Shown piece after piece: positions 1 to 9,523 of a stretch of 27,169 bases of DNA. The stretch's first letter is position 1, and each line of letters begins with the position of its first letter. The notes beneath the pieces are model-generated. The model had not been told where the DNA came from and ran no database searches. It was given only the letters and a program-made list of their open reading frames with translations. The DNA comes from Candidatus Krumholzibacteriia bacterium (GTDB lineage: Bacteria; Krumholzibacteriota; Krumholzibacteriia; LZORAL124-64-63), in assembly GCA_036351155.1 (NCBI GenBank), contig JAZBOO010000223.1, positions 1 through 27,169 of the forward strand, in the 5' to 3' direction. The position numbers were made by a program, and so were the translations under genes.

Positions 1-600
1 GAAATGAGCATGACCACCCAGGTCAAGCTCCTGCGCGTTCTCCAGGAAGGGGTGGTCGAACGCCTGGGGGGGAACAAGCCCATCGAGGTGGATGTGCGCA
101 TCATTGCCGCCACCAACGCCGACCTGTCCAACATGGTTCAGGAGGGGCGCTTCCGGGAAGACCTCTATTATCGATTGAACGTGATCAACGTGGAACTGCC
201 GCCCTTGCGCTGGCGCGAGCAGGACGTAGAACTCCTGGCCAACTTCTTTCTGAAAAAGTACAACGCCAAGAACAGCAAGAACCTGGAAGGTTTTGCGCCG
301 GAAACCCTTGAGGCCATGGACAAGTACAACTGGCCCGGTAATGTCCGAGAACTGGAGAACGCCGTGGAGCGGGCCGTGGTCCTGAGCAAGGGGCCGTTGA
401 TCGGTGTGGAAGCTCTGCCTCAGTCCGTCCTGGTGGGGCGCAAGCGCTTCGATGTGGTCAACATCACGGTGGGCACCACCCTCCGGGAGGCGGAAAGAGC
501 TTTGATCGAGGCCACCCTGGCCAGCGTGGACGGCGACAAGGAGACCGCGGCCAACATCCTGGGCATCGCCTCACGGACCATCTACCGAAAATTGCCTTGA
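1..600 (+). CDS. Sigma-54-dependent transcriptional activator (NtrC/ZraR family), 5'-truncated by the window: end of the AAA+ domain plus Fis-type HTH
   Basis: Motifs QVKLLRVLQEG, GRFREDLYYRLNV, WPGNVRELEN and the C-terminal HTH AANILGIASRTIYRKL. The N-terminus and GAFTGA loop lie outside the window. Confidence 0.93.
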   Translation, partial: EMSMTTQVKLLRVLQEGVVERLGGNKPIEVDVRIIAATNADLSNMVQEGRFREDLYYRLNVINVELPPLRWREQDVELLANFFLKKYNAKNSKNLEGFAPETLEAMDKYNWPGNVRELENAVERAVVLSKGPLIGVEALPQSVLVGRKRFDVVNITVGTTLREAERALIEATLASVDGDKETAANILGIASRTIYRKLP

Positions 601-639
601 TCCAGGAGATCCAGGGATAAATCTCGTTTTTTCGCCTTC

Positions 640-668
640 TTGACCCTGTTTTGGGGCGTTGCTATATT
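640..668 (+). promoter_or_regulatory. Sigma-70-type promoter for tRNA-Leu/tig-clpPX
   Basis: TTGACC (640-645), 17 bp spacer, TATATT (663-668), with an extended -10 TG at 660-661 and a GC-rich discriminator downstream. Confidence 0.75.
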
Positions 669-759
669 GGCGCCGCTCAGCCCCGGGAGTTTCCGGGGCG
701 CGGTTTTTTCTGGCGACGGTGCGGCCTGCGGGCCCGGCCGTCTTTTACCTGCCCTCTGT

Positions 760-844
760 GCGGGAGTGGCGGAACTGGCAGACGCGCAGGATTTAGGTTC
801 CTGTGGGGAAACCCGTGGGGGTTCGAGTCCCCCCTCTCGCACCA
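760..844 (+). tRNA. tRNA-Leu, anticodon TAG
   Basis: Acceptor stem GCGGGAG/CTCTCGC, D-loop GGAACTGGCAGAC, anticodon arm CAGGA-TTTAGGT-TCCTG, long variable arm, T-loop GGTTCGAGTCC and encoded CCA. Confidence 0.96.
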
Positions 845-867
845 CGAGAAGTGAAGGATTGATTTTC

Positions 868-2208
868 ATGTCGCAGAACCAGCCCAGCCCCAACGAGGGC
901 ATCACGACCCGGATCGAGTCTCCCGAACCCTGGCAGAGGGTGGTCAAGGTCGAAATCGCCCGTCCCGTGTTCGATCGAGAATATGCGGACCGGCTGAAGA
1001 AGGCCGTCAAGAGTGCCACCAAGCCGGGCTTCCGCAAGGGTCGGGTGCCCCGGGCCGTGGTGGAAAAGGAAATGGGTCAGATGATCCGGATGGATGCCAT
1101 CGAGGCCCTGATTCCCCGGGCCTGGATGACCGGTGTGCTGGAACACAAGCTGGCGCCCTTGACCGACCCCGCCCTGGAGAACATGGAATTCGAGGAAGAG
1201 GGGCCCTTGACCTTCGATCTGATTGTCGAGGTGCGCCCCGAGGTGACCCTGGAATCCTTCGAGGGCTTTGCGGTCAAGAAGCGGGCGGTCGAGGTGAAAG
1301 ATGCCGAGGTCGATGAGGTTCTGGAGCGGATCCAGGAGAGCCGGGCCCAGTTCGAACCCGTGGAACGCGCGGCAGCCAAGGACGATCAGCTGACGGTGGA
1401 TCTGACCACCGAGGCCCAGGAAGGTGACCCGCAGGGCGAGCGCAAGATACCCGACCAGAAGCTGATCCTGGGGGCCGAAAGCAACATGCCGGCCTTCAAC
1501 GAGGCCCTGGACGGGGTCAAGACCGGGGACGAGCGCACCGTGGAGGTGCTCTACCCCGAGGATCATCCCAACGAGGAACTGAAGGGCAAAACCCTGTCCT
1601 TCCATTGCGTGGTCAAGGAAGTGGCCGCCAAGAAATTGCCCCCCCTGGACGATGCCTTTGCCGCCGAGATGGAGGAGGGCAAGACCCTGGAGGAGCTGAA
1701 GGTCGAAATCCGGGAGAATTTGGCCAAAGAGTCCGAAAACCGGGTGAAACAGGAGATGGATCAGCAGGTCCAGGCGGAACTTGTCAAGCGCAACGATGTT
1801 TCCGTGCCACCGTCCATGGTCAGCCGCTATCTCGAATCGGGCCTGGAGGACATGCACCGCCGCAACCTTCAGATCGGCCGGCAGAACACCGAGGCCGAGG
1901 ACCAGGAATACCGCGAGGCCGGAAAGCCCCATGCGGAGCGGGCCTTGAAGGCCATGCTGCTCATGGAAGCGTTGCAGAGGCAGGAAGAAATCAAGGTCAC
2001 CGACGAGGATGTCGATGACAGGATCGAAGAACTTGCCACCGAGAACGGTTTCGATGTTGACCGCTACCGCGAATTCGTCAACAGTGGCGAGGAAAAAGAT
2101 CGGATCAAATACGATATTCTGGAACGCAGGACTTACGACCTCCTGCTTTCCCGTGCGGAGATCACCGAGGTTTCCGCCGACACGGATGTCCTAGCTGAAG
2201 AGGAGTGA
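868..2208 (+). CDS. tig: Trigger factor
   Basis: Ribosome-binding signature [13 protein letters not shown]-like middle domain and position upstream of clpP. Start placed at ATG 868 after AAGGA, because the longer ORF runs through the tRNA. Confidence 0.95.
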   Translation: MSQNQPSPNEGITTRIESPEPWQRVVKVEIARPVFDREYADRLKKAVKSATKPGFRKGRVPRAVVEKEMGQMIRMDAIEALIPRAWMTGVLEHKLAPLTDPALENMEFEEEGPLTFDLIVEVRPEVTLESFEGFAVKKRAVEVKDAEVDEVLERIQESRAQFEPVERAAAKDDQLTVDLTTEAQEGDPQGERKIPDQKLILGAESNMPAFNEALDGVKTGDERTVEVLYPEDHPNEELKGKTLSFHCVVKEVAAKKLPPLDDAFAAEMEEGKTLEELKVEIRENLAKESENRVKQEMDQQVQAELVKRNDVSVPPSMVSRYLESGLEDMHRRNLQIGRQNTEAEDQEYREAGKPHAERALKAMLLMEALQRQEEIKVTDEDVDDRIEELATENGFDVDRYREFVNSGEEKDRIKYDILERRTYDLLLSRAEITEVSADTDVLAEEE

Positions 2209-2210
2209 CG

Positions 2211-2834
2211 ATGCTAGTCCCCATGGTAGTCGACCAGACCAGTCACGGTGAACGGTCATACGATATCTATTCCCGGTTGTTGAAGGACCGGATCATTTTT
2301 CTGGGCTTTCCCATCGACGACAACATCAGCAACCTGGTGATCGCCCAGATGCTGTTTTTGCAGGCCGAAGACCCCGAGAGGGACATCTACCTGTACATCA
2401 ACAGTCCGGGTGGCAGCGTGACCGCCGGTCTTGCCATCTATGACACCATGCAATACATTACCAATGATGTGGTCACCATCTGTATGGGCCAGGCCGCGAG
2501 CATGGGAGCGGTGCTCCTGGCGGCCGGGGCGGCGGGCAAACGCTCGGCTCTGACCAACTCCCGGGTGATGATTCACCAGCCTCTGGGCGGAAGCCAGGGG
2601 CAGGCCAGCATGCTGGAGATCTACACCAGGGAGATCCTCAAGATCCGGGACAAGCTCTACGCTATCCTTGCCAACCACACTGGCCAGACTCAGAAAAAGA
2701 TTGCCGAGGACAGCGACCGCGACTTCTTCATGTCGGCCGAGGAGGCCCTGAAGTACGGTCTGGTGGACAAGGTCATCGAATCACGCAGCGAGGTCGTCGG
2801 TGACGAAAACGGCAAAGACAAGGAAAAGAAGTAA
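2211..2834 (+). CDS. clpP: ATP-dependent Clp protease proteolytic subunit
   Basis: [27 protein letters not shown], catalytic Ser in GQAASMG, MIHQP and DRD. SD GAGGAG precedes ATG 2211. Confidence 0.98.
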   Translation: MLVPMVVDQTSHGERSYDIYSRLLKDRIIFLGFPIDDNISNLVIAQMLFLQAEDPERDIYLYINSPGGSVTAGLAIYDTMQYITNDVVTICMGQAASMGAVLLAAGAAGKRSALTNSRVMIHQPLGGSQGQASMLEIYTREILKIRDKLYAILANHTGQTQKKIAEDSDRDFFMSAEEALKYGLVDKVIESRSEVVGDENGKDKEKK

Positions 2835-4097
2835 ATGAAGCGACGCCAGAATGGCAGCCCCCAGATGATCAAGTGCTCGTTCTGTGCCCGGGGCCAGGAC
2901 GAGGTGGCCAAGCTTGTTGCCGGTCCCAGCAGTGTCTACATCTGCAGTGAGTGCATCAAGCTGTGCAACGACATCCTGGAGGGGGATCTGCTCGACGAGG
3001 CCACCCTGGCGCCGCCCAAGTTTCCCAAGCCCCGGGAAATCCATGACTACCTGGATCAGTATGTCATCGCTCAGAACGAGGCCAAGGTCAGCCTGTCGGT
3101 GGCGGTTTACAACCACTACAAGCGGATCCACCAGAAGAAGACCAGCGATGGGGTGGAAATAGACAAGAGCAACATCCTGCTGCTGGGGAACACGGGAACC
3201 GGTAAAACGTTGCTGGCCCAGACCCTGGCCAAGTTCCTGAACGTGCCCTTTGCCATCGCCGATGCCACGGCCCTGACCGAGGCCGGCTATGTGGGCGAGG
3301 ATGTCGAGAACATCCTGGTGCGTCTGCTCCAGTCGGCGGACTACAACATCCAGGCGGCCGAGCAGGGGATCGTCTACGTGGACGAGATCGACAAGATCGG
3401 GCGCAAGAGCGGCAACCCCAGCATCACCCGCGACGTGTCGGGTGAAGGGGTGCAGCAGGCCCTCCTGAAGATCCTCGAGGGGACCGTGGCCAACGTGCCG
3501 CCCCAGGGCGGGCGGAAGCATCCGCAGCAGAAGTACCTCGAGGTGGACACCCGCAACATCCTGTTCATCTGTGGTGGGGCTTTCCAGGGGCTCGAGAAGA
3601 TCGTCGAGCGCCGGGTGGGTCGCAACACGCTGGGCTTTGCCCGTGAAGAGGAAATCTCGATCAACGCCGAGCGGGACGAGTACCTGAGCCTGGTCGAGTC
3701 CCAGGACCTGATGAAGTTCGGTCTCATTCCCGAGCTCATCGGCCGGTTGCCGGTGGTCACCAGCATGCACGAGCTCGACAAGGAAGCCATGGTCCGCATC
3801 CTGCAAGAGCCCCGCAACAGTCTGACCAAGCAGTACCAGAAGCTTCTGGAAATGGAAGATGTGGAATTGATCTTCCAGCCCGGGGCCCTCGAAGCGATCG
3901 CCAATCTGGCCATCGAACGGAAAACCGGGGCCCGTGGCCTGCGTTCGATTCTCGAGGCCATCATGCGGGACACCATGTTCGAGATCCCTTCCCAGGACGA
4001 TGTGCGTCAGGTTATCATCACGCGTGAGACCGTGGAACTGCACAGCGAACCCGAGGTGGTTCTGGGTGATCCGCCCAACGAGATCAAGGAAGCCTGA
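2835..4097 (+). CDS. clpX: ATP-dependent Clp protease ATP-binding subunit ClpX
   Basis: Zn-finger CSFC...CSEC, Walker [37 protein letters not shown] loop and LGF loop. Starts immediately after the clpP stop (TAAATG). Confidence 0.98.
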   Translation: MKRRQNGSPQMIKCSFCARGQDEVAKLVAGPSSVYICSECIKLCNDILEGDLLDEATLAPPKFPKPREIHDYLDQYVIAQNEAKVSLSVAVYNHYKRIHQKKTSDGVEIDKSNILLLGNTGTGKTLLAQTLAKFLNVPFAIADATALTEAGYVGEDVENILVRLLQSADYNIQAAEQGIVYVDEIDKIGRKSGNPSITRDVSGEGVQQALLKILEGTVANVPPQGGRKHPQQKYLEVDTRNILFICGGAFQGLEKIVERRVGRNTLGFAREEEISINAERDEYLSLVESQDLMKFGLIPELIGRLPVVTSMHELDKEAMVRILQEPRNSLTKQYQKLLEMEDVELIFQPGALEAIANLAIERKTGARGLRSILEAIMRDTMFEIPSQDDVRQVIITRETVELHSEPEVVLGDPPNEIKEA

Positions 4098-4168
4098 CCT
4101 CCCTGACTTTTTTAGTTATCCTGGACGGGCACAAACCGTGGTCTGTCCAGTTGTGCCCTAGGAGTATC

Positions 4169-6580
4169 ATGAGTTCTGCGAAGTTCACGCTGGAACGCGA
4201 TGAAGAAAACATCGAGCTGCCCGGTCGCCTTCCCCTGTTGCCCCTGCGGGATGTGGTCGTCTTTCCCTACATGGTCACGCCTCTGCTGGTGGGGCGCCCC
4301 CGTTCAGTGGCCGCGGTGGAAGCGGCCATGGATCGGGACCAGTTCATGTGTGTGGTGGCCCAGAAGGAACCCGAGATAGAGGATCCTGCCGCCGGTGATC
4401 TGTTCCGGGTGGGGACGGTGATCAAGGTTCTGCAGATCATCCGCACTCCCGACGACACCCTGAAGATCCTGGTCGAGGGTGTGGCGCGTGTCCATGTGGA
4501 GGAATTCGCCGACAACGACGACTTCCTGGAAGTGGACATCTTTCCCATGGCCGAGGACGTGGAAACAGGCCACGAGGTGGAGGCCGTCAGCCGATCCATC
4601 AAGGAGCGGTTCAAGGAATACGTGCGCCTGAACAAGCGGTTGCCCGATGAGGTGCTGCTCTCGGTGCTGAACCTGGGCGAGATCGGCCGTATGGCCGACA
4701 GCATCAGCGCCTACATCCTGGGCAAGGTGCCGCTCAAGCAGGAGCTGCTGGAAGAGCCGGGATTGAACAACCGGCTCAAGCGCATCAACCAGGTCCTGGC
4801 CAACGAGCTGGATATCCTGTCCATCGAGCAGCGCATTGACACCGAGGTCCAGTCCCAGGTGCAGAAGAACCAGCGGGACTTTTACCTGAACGAACAGCTG
4901 CGGGCCATCCGCAAGGAGCTGGGTTACACCGCCGACGAGGATTCCGAGATCGAGGAATACGCGGTGCGCATCGAAGAGAGCGACATGACCAGCGAGGCCG
5001 GGGAAACGGCGCGCCGCGAGCTGAGTCGTCTGGAACGCATGAGTCCGATGAGCCCCGAGGCCACCGTGGTCCGCAACTACCTGGACACCCTGCTGGCCCT
5101 GCCCTGGAAGAAGAAAAGTCGCGACCGGATCGACACCGCCAAGGTGAAGGAACGCCTGGACGCCGATCATTACGGCCTGGAAAAGGTGAAGGAACGCATC
5201 CTGGAGTTCCTGGCGGTCTACAAGCTGACCAAGACCATGCAGGGCACCATCCTCTGCCTGGTGGGGCCTCCCGGCGTGGGCAAGACAAGTCTGGGACGCA
5301 GCATCGCCGAGAGCATGAACCGCAAGTTCGTGCGGATCAGCCTGGGTGGCGTGCGCGATGAAGCCGAGATCCGCGGCCACCGTCGCACCTACATCGGGAG
5401 CAAGCCTGGCCGCATCATCGAGTCGCTGCGCAAGGCGGGCACGCGCAATCCCGTGTTCCTGCTCGATGAGATCGACAAGATGGGCAGCGATTTCCGAGGT
5501 GACCCGTCCAGCGCTCTGCTGGAGGTCCTGGATCCCGAGCAGAATTCCACCTTCAGTGACCACTACCTCGAGGTGGAGTTCGACCTGAGCAACGTGATGT
5601 TCATCACCACGGCCAACAGCCTGCACACCATCCCGCCGGCCCTCGAGGATCGGATGGAGATCATCCGTATTCCCGGATACCTGGAGCACGAGAAGCTGGT
5701 CATCGCCGAGCGCTTCCTGGCCCCTCGTCAGATGAAACGCAACGGGGTGAATGACTGGGAGGGCGGATTCAAGCGGTCGGCTTTCCAGACCATCATCGAT
5801 GGCTATACCCGCGAATCGGGGGTGCGAAACCTGGAGCGAGAAATTGCCGGCATCTGCCGCAAGGTGGCCAAGATCAAGGCCTCGAAGGACCACTATCCTG
5901 GAGCCGTCACCGGCCGTACCGTGCAGAGCTACCTGGGCATTCCCAAGTTCCGCCGTCGGGTGGTCGACCGTGAACCCGAGGTGGGTGTGGTCGTGGGCCT
6001 GGCCTGGACCATGGCCGGCGGGGAAATCCTGGAGATCGAGGTGGCTTCGGTGCCGGGCAGCGGCAAGATCACCATCACCGGGAACCTGAAAGATGTGATG
6101 AAGGAATCGGCCGAGACCGCGCTCAGCTATGCGCGAGGGCTGTGCCGCCAGACCAGCGGCGACTGGTTCAAGAAGAATCAGATCCACATCCACGTGCCCG
6201 AGGGTGGTATTCCCAAGGACGGTCCCAGCGCGGGTATCGCCATGGCCACGGCCATCGTGTCGCTGCTGCGCGGGGTTCCGGTGCGAAACGATGTGGCCAT
6301 GACCGGTGAGGTGACCCTGCGCGGCAAGGTTCTGCCCATCGGAGGGTTGCCCGAGAAGGCCGTCGCCGCCATCCGAGCGGGGACCAGCCATCTGATCATC
6401 CCTCGAGATAACGAGAAGGACTTCCGCGAACTGGCACCGGTGGTGCGACGTCAGCTGACGGTGCATCTGGTGGACAACATGGATGAGGTCCTGGAACTGG
6501 CCCTCGTTCAGAACAAGCCGAAGCCCAGAACCGCGACCAGAACCTCCACCCGGGCCAAGACCGCCCACACAGGGAAGTAG
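4169..6580 (+). CDS. lon: Lon (La) ATP-dependent protease
   Basis: LPLRDVVVFP N-domain, GPPGVGKTS, EIRGHRRTYIG, catalytic PKDGPSAG and GGLPEK. SD AGGAG precedes ATG 4169. Confidence 0.98.
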   Translation: MSSAKFTLERDEENIELPGRLPLLPLRDVVVFPYMVTPLLVGRPRSVAAVEAAMDRDQFMCVVAQKEPEIEDPAAGDLFRVGTVIKVLQIIRTPDDTLKILVEGVARVHVEEFADNDDFLEVDIFPMAEDVETGHEVEAVSRSIKERFKEYVRLNKRLPDEVLLSVLNLGEIGRMADSISAYILGKVPLKQELLEEPGLNNRLKRINQVLANELDILSIEQRIDTEVQSQVQKNQRDFYLNEQLRAIRKELGYTADEDSEIEEYAVRIEESDMTSEAGETARRELSRLERMSPMSPEATVVRNYLDTLLALPWKKKSRDRIDTAKVKERLDADHYGLEKVKERILEFLAVYKLTKTMQGTILCLVGPPGVGKTSLGRSIAESMNRKFVRISLGGVRDEAEIRGHRRTYIGSKPGRIIESLRKAGTRNPVFLLDEIDKMGSDFRGDPSSALLEVLDPEQNSTFSDHYLEVEFDLSNVMFITTANSLHTIPPALEDRMEIIRIPGYLEHEKLVIAERFLAPRQMKRNGVNDWEGGFKRSAFQTIIDGYTRESGVRNLEREIAGICRKVAKIKASKDHYPGAVTGRTVQSYLGIPKFRRRVVDREPEVGVVVGLAWTMAGGEILEIEVASVPGSGKITITGNLKDVMKESAETALSYARGLCRQTSGDWFKKNQIHIHVPEGGIPKDGPSAGIAMATAIVSLLRGVPVRNDVAMTGEVTLRGKVLPIGGLPEKAVAAIRAGTSHLIIPRDNEKDFRELAPVVRRQLTVHLVDNMDEVLELALVQNKPKPRTATRTSTRAKTAHTGK

Positions 6581-6589
6581 GGCCTCGCC

Positions 6590-7186
6590 ATGGAGGTGCA
6601 ATTCATCACCAGCGCGCCGGATCTGGACCAGAGACCTGAACCGGTGCTCCCCGAATTCGCCTTCATCGGGCGCAGCAATTGCGGCAAGTCCAGCTTGATC
6701 AATCACTTCCTGGAACGCACCAGCATGGCCAAGACCAGTGGCAAGCCGGGCAAGACCCGGCTGCTGAACTACTTCCTGGTCGAGGAGAGCTTCTACCTTG
6801 TCGATCTTCCCGGGTACGGTTTTGCCAAGGTGAGCAAGAAGCTGCGTGCCCAGTGGCGGGACCTGTTTCAGCGATTCCTGGCGGATCAGCAGAGGCCTCT
6901 GGCCATTTTTCACCTGCTGGATGTGCGCCATCAGCCCACGGCCGAGGATCTTGAGGTATCGCAATGGATCCAGGCTTCGGGGCATCCCTGCGCCCTGGCC
7001 CTGACCAAGATCGACAAGGTGGGAACCAATAGCCGTAAGGCGCGCTATACGGATATCATCGGGGCCCTGGATATCCCGCCCGACCTGCCGTTCATTCCCA
7101 CCTCGGCCAAGAAGGGCATCGGGCGGCTGGACATGGTGGCCTGGGTGGAGGCGCTCCTGGAGGCCAATGCCGAACCGGAGGACTAG
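6590..7186 (+). CDS. engB: Ribosome-biogenesis GTPase YihA/YsxC (EngB)
   Basis: GRSNCGKSSLIN, VDLPGYG, TKIDK and TSA motifs. Usual position after lon. Confidence 0.95.
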   Translation: MEVQFITSAPDLDQRPEPVLPEFAFIGRSNCGKSSLINHFLERTSMAKTSGKPGKTRLLNYFLVEESFYLVDLPGYGFAKVSKKLRAQWRDLFQRFLADQQRPLAIFHLLDVRHQPTAEDLEVSQWIQASGHPCALALTKIDKVGTNSRKARYTDIIGALDIPPDLPFIPTSAKKGIGRLDMVAWVEALLEANAEPED

Positions 7187-7232
7187 CGCTCCGTCAACCC
7201 GAATGAATCAAGTTGACGGAACACCGGGAAGT

Positions 7233-7262
7233 TTGACCTGCCTTGCCCTGCGGGAGTATAAT
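7233..7262 (+). promoter_or_regulatory. Sigma-70-type promoter for the small CxxCH protein
   Basis: TTGACC (7233-7238), 18 bp spacer, perfect TATAAT (7257-7262). Confidence 0.7.
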
Positions 7263-7339
7263 GGGGGCCGCAGATCGGGTTTGGCCATGGTGCTCCACTG
7301 GCCAGATGCGATGTATTTTGTTTGTCCACAGGTAGGCTC

Positions 7340-7777
7340 ATGTTCTTGCACCAGTTTTCACGACAGCCCAATGCGCGCCTCCTGACCGCTCTTGTGGTCT
7401 GCTGTTGTGTGATGCTGGCGGGATCTGCGGAAGCCACCGAGCTGGACATGGCCAAGTTGCCGCTGACCACGCCCTTCGAATGTCTGGCCTGTCACACCAG
7501 TAGCAGCCCGGGGCCGGGCTCGTTTGCCCTGAACGCCTTCGGCGAAGATTTCCTGCAGAACGGCCGCATCTGGGACAGCAACCTGGCCCAGCTGGATTCG
7601 GACGGAGACACCTGTCTGAACGGGGTCGAGGTGGGGGACAGTGACGGCGACGGTTTTGCCGACGGCAACGTGGAAGAACAGGCGGGGAATCCGGGTGTTG
7701 CCGACAATTGCGGCTCCGGAAATCTGGTCGACGAGCGCACCTGGGGTGCGCTGAAAGCTATGTTTGACCGCCGCTGA
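7340..7777 (+). CDS. Small secreted protein with a CxxCH motif, DSDGD Ca-binding-like repeats (temptin-like core) and a C-terminal TWGxxKxxF motif
   Basis: Signal peptide ending AEA, then CLACH, LNAFGEDF...W...LAQLDSDGD..LNGVEVGDSDGDG and a tail ERTWGALKAMFDRR. Confidence 0.75.
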   Translation: MFLHQFSRQPNARLLTALVVCCCVMLAGSAEATELDMAKLPLTTPFECLACHTSSSPGPGSFALNAFGEDFLQNGRIWDSNLAQLDSDGDTCLNGVEVGDSDGDGFADGNVEEQAGNPGVADNCGSGNLVDERTWGALKAMFDRR

Positions 7778-7792
7778 CCCGGCAGGCATAAT
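7764..7792 (+). promoter_or_regulatory. Sigma-70-type promoter for purA, with -35 inside the end of the upstream CDS
   Basis: TTGACC (7764-7769), 17 bp spacer, CATAAT (7787-7792). Confidence 0.6.
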
Positions 7793-7846
7793 GCCGGGCT
7801 GGCACGCCCCTTCCGGGGCCAGTCATCAACACACGGGAGTAGAGTC

Positions 7847-9142
7847 TTGGAAAACAGGGTGATCATTGGCGGACAATGGGGCGACGAGGGCAAGGGCAAG
7901 ATTGTCGATGCCCTTGGCCAGGGTGTCGACTGGGTGCTGCGGTACCAGGGCGGCGCCAATGCCGGCCATACCATCTACGTGGACGGGACCAAGCATGTGC
8001 TGCATCTGGTGCCCTCGGGGGTTCTGAGCAAGGGCGTGCGCTGCCTGCTGGGCGGCGGCATGGTCATCGACCCCTGGAGCCTGCGGGACGAGATCCTGGA
8101 GCTGGAGCAGAAGGGGATCACCCTGCGGGACCGTCTGTTCGTGTCGGCCAACGCCAGCCTGCTGATGCCCTACCACAAGCGTCTCGACGAGCTGCGGGAG
8201 TCGCGGCTCAAGCGCAAGAGCATCGGCACCACCGGCCGGGGCATCGGACCGGCGTACCTGGACAAGGTACAGCGGACCGGAATGCGCCTGGGCGACCTGC
8301 TGTTGCCCCCGGACAACCTGGAGCGCAAGGCCATCGAGAAGATCCTGTCGGCCAACGAGGTGCTGAGCGAGTTCTACCAGGCCGATCCCCTGCCCGCAAG
8401 GGTGCTGGCCGAGGAACTGGTGGTGCTGGCCCAGTCGCTGGCCCCCATGGTGGTCAACCCGTACACGGCTCTGAAGGGCGTGCGCGATGGCACCGAGAGC
8501 GCCCTTTTCGAGGGAGCCCAGGGCACCATGCTGGACATCGATCACGGAACCTATCCCTATGTCACCAGCAGCAACAGCACCATTGGCGGGGCACTGACCG
8601 GCACGGGGCTTCCTCCGCGGTGCCTGGGCGAGATCAACGGGATCTTCAAGGCCTACTGTACCCGCGTGGGCAATGGGCCGTTCCCCAGCGAGCTTCTGGG
8701 TGAACAGGGTGAGGCCTTGCGTGAAGCCGGGGGCGAGTATGGCGCGACCACTGGCCGGGCCCGCCGCTGTGGCTGGTTCGATCTGGTGGCGGCCCGCTAT
8801 GCGGTGGATATCAACGGCATGACCGGGGTCATCATCACCAAGATGGACGTGCTGGACTCCATGCCCACCATCCAGGTGGCCACGGCCTATGAAGTGGATG
8901 GCCAGCGGATCGATCAGTATCCGATGCTGAGCGAAACGCTGCCCAGTTGCCACCCCGTGTTCCAGGATTTCCCCGGCTGGGAAAAGCCTCTGGGGGCTTG
9001 CCGGCGCCTGACGGATTTGCCGGCACAGGCGCGCAAGTACCTGGAGTTCCTGGAGGACCAGCTGGGAACACTCATCGTGGGGATCAGTGTGGGCCGGGAA
9101 CGGGACGAGGTGATCTGGACTGAAACGGGTGTGACCACCTGA
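7847..9142 (+). CDS. purA: Adenylosuccinate synthetase
   Basis: GGQWGDEGKGK, RYQGGANAGHT, IGTTGRGIGPAY, FEGAQG..LDIDHGTYPYVTSS and GATTGRARRCGWFD. TTG start with SD GGGAG. Confidence 0.98.
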   Translation: MENRVIIGGQWGDEGKGKIVDALGQGVDWVLRYQGGANAGHTIYVDGTKHVLHLVPSGVLSKGVRCLLGGGMVIDPWSLRDEILELEQKGITLRDRLFVSANASLLMPYHKRLDELRESRLKRKSIGTTGRGIGPAYLDKVQRTGMRLGDLLLPPDNLERKAIEKILSANEVLSEFYQADPLPARVLAEELVVLAQSLAPMVVNPYTALKGVRDGTESALFEGAQGTMLDIDHGTYPYVTSSNSTIGGALTGTGLPPRCLGEINGIFKAYCTRVGNGPFPSELLGEQGEALREAGGEYGATTGRARRCGWFDLVAARYAVDINGMTGVIITKMDVLDSMPTIQVATAYEVDGQRIDQYPMLSETLPSCHPVFQDFPGWEKPLGACRRLTDLPAQARKYLEFLEDQLGTLIVGISVGRERDEVIWTETGVTT

Positions 9143-9155
9143 TCGACGGACTGCC

Positions 9156-9200
9156 GAAGGCCCTGAATTCTTTGACAGGTTCGGGGCCTTCTTCTATATT
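9156..9200 (+). terminator. Probable intrinsic terminator of purA, overlapping the tRNA-Lys promoter
   Basis: GAAGGCCCTGAA (9156-9167) pairs with TTCGGGGCCTTC (9180-9191) with one G:U, followed by TTCTATATT. Confidence 0.55.
9172..9200 (+). promoter_or_regulatory. Sigma-70-type promoter for tRNA-Lys
   Basis: Perfect TTGACA (9172-9177), 17 bp spacer, TATATT (9195-9200), 45 nt upstream of the tRNA. Confidence 0.8.
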
Positions 9201-9245
9201 GCGAAGCCTGAAGGGGCCCAGCGGGCCTTCTTTGGTGAATGGGGT

Positions 9246-9321
9246 GGGCCACTAGCTCATCAGGTAGAGCATCTCCCTTTTAAGGAGGTTGTGCCAGGTT
9301 CGAGTCCTGGGTGGCCTACCA
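9246..9321 (+). tRNA. tRNA-Lys, anticodon TTT
   Basis: 76 nt. Acceptor stem GGGCCAC/GTGGCCT, D-arm GCTC-ATCAGGTA-GAGC, anticodon arm TCTCC-CTTTTAA-GGAGG, T-arm CCAGG-TTCGAGT-CCTGG and encoded CCA. Confidence 0.95.
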
Positions 9322-9387
9322 TCTTACCCCCTGATTTCACCGTATTTTGCGACGTTCCTCCCCTCTCGTTTTTTTTTCAAAAACAGC

Positions 9388-9415
9388 TCAAGTATTTCTA
9401 CGCCCCTGCCGATAC
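9388..9415 (+). promoter_or_regulatory. Sigma-28 (FliA/SigD)-type promoter of the flagellin gene
   Basis: TCAA(GTAT) at 9388, 16 bp from TCAA to GCCGATAC (9408-9415), against the consensus TAAA-N15-GCCGATAA. About 110 nt upstream of a flagellin. Confidence 0.75.
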
Positions 9416-9523
9416 CTGTTTCATGAGGTGAAAAACACCCTTCACGCAGGGCGCGGGGGACTCCGTGTCTTGACACCGTGATCCGAAAATGGATTTCCGG
9501 GTGGCACGCAAAGGATTGGCAGC

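Noticed and set aside
640..867. N-terminal extension of the tig ORF from TTG 640
   Set aside because: It runs through the promoter and tRNA-Leu. Trigger factor homology and an SD begin at ATG 868.
4304..6985. 893-aa antisense ORF, and similar long antisense ORFs at 793-1932, 2781-4043, 7826-8953, 10711-12651, 16077-17570, 18344-20050, 20054-21874 and 24083-25840
   Set aside because: They mirror well-supported genes on the opposite strand. This is the expected shadow of high-GC3 codon usage, and they carry no protein motifs.
7800..7815. Sigma-54-like TGGCAC upstream of purA (also TGGCAC at 9502 before the flagellin)
   Set aside because: The -12 element is wrong: TGGCAC-N5-TTCC and TGGCAC-N5-GGAT instead of TTGC. 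Better sigma-70 and sigma-28 matches exist.
9470..9475. Perfect TTGACA in the flagellin leader
   Set aside because: No -10-like hexamer 16-18 bp downstream.
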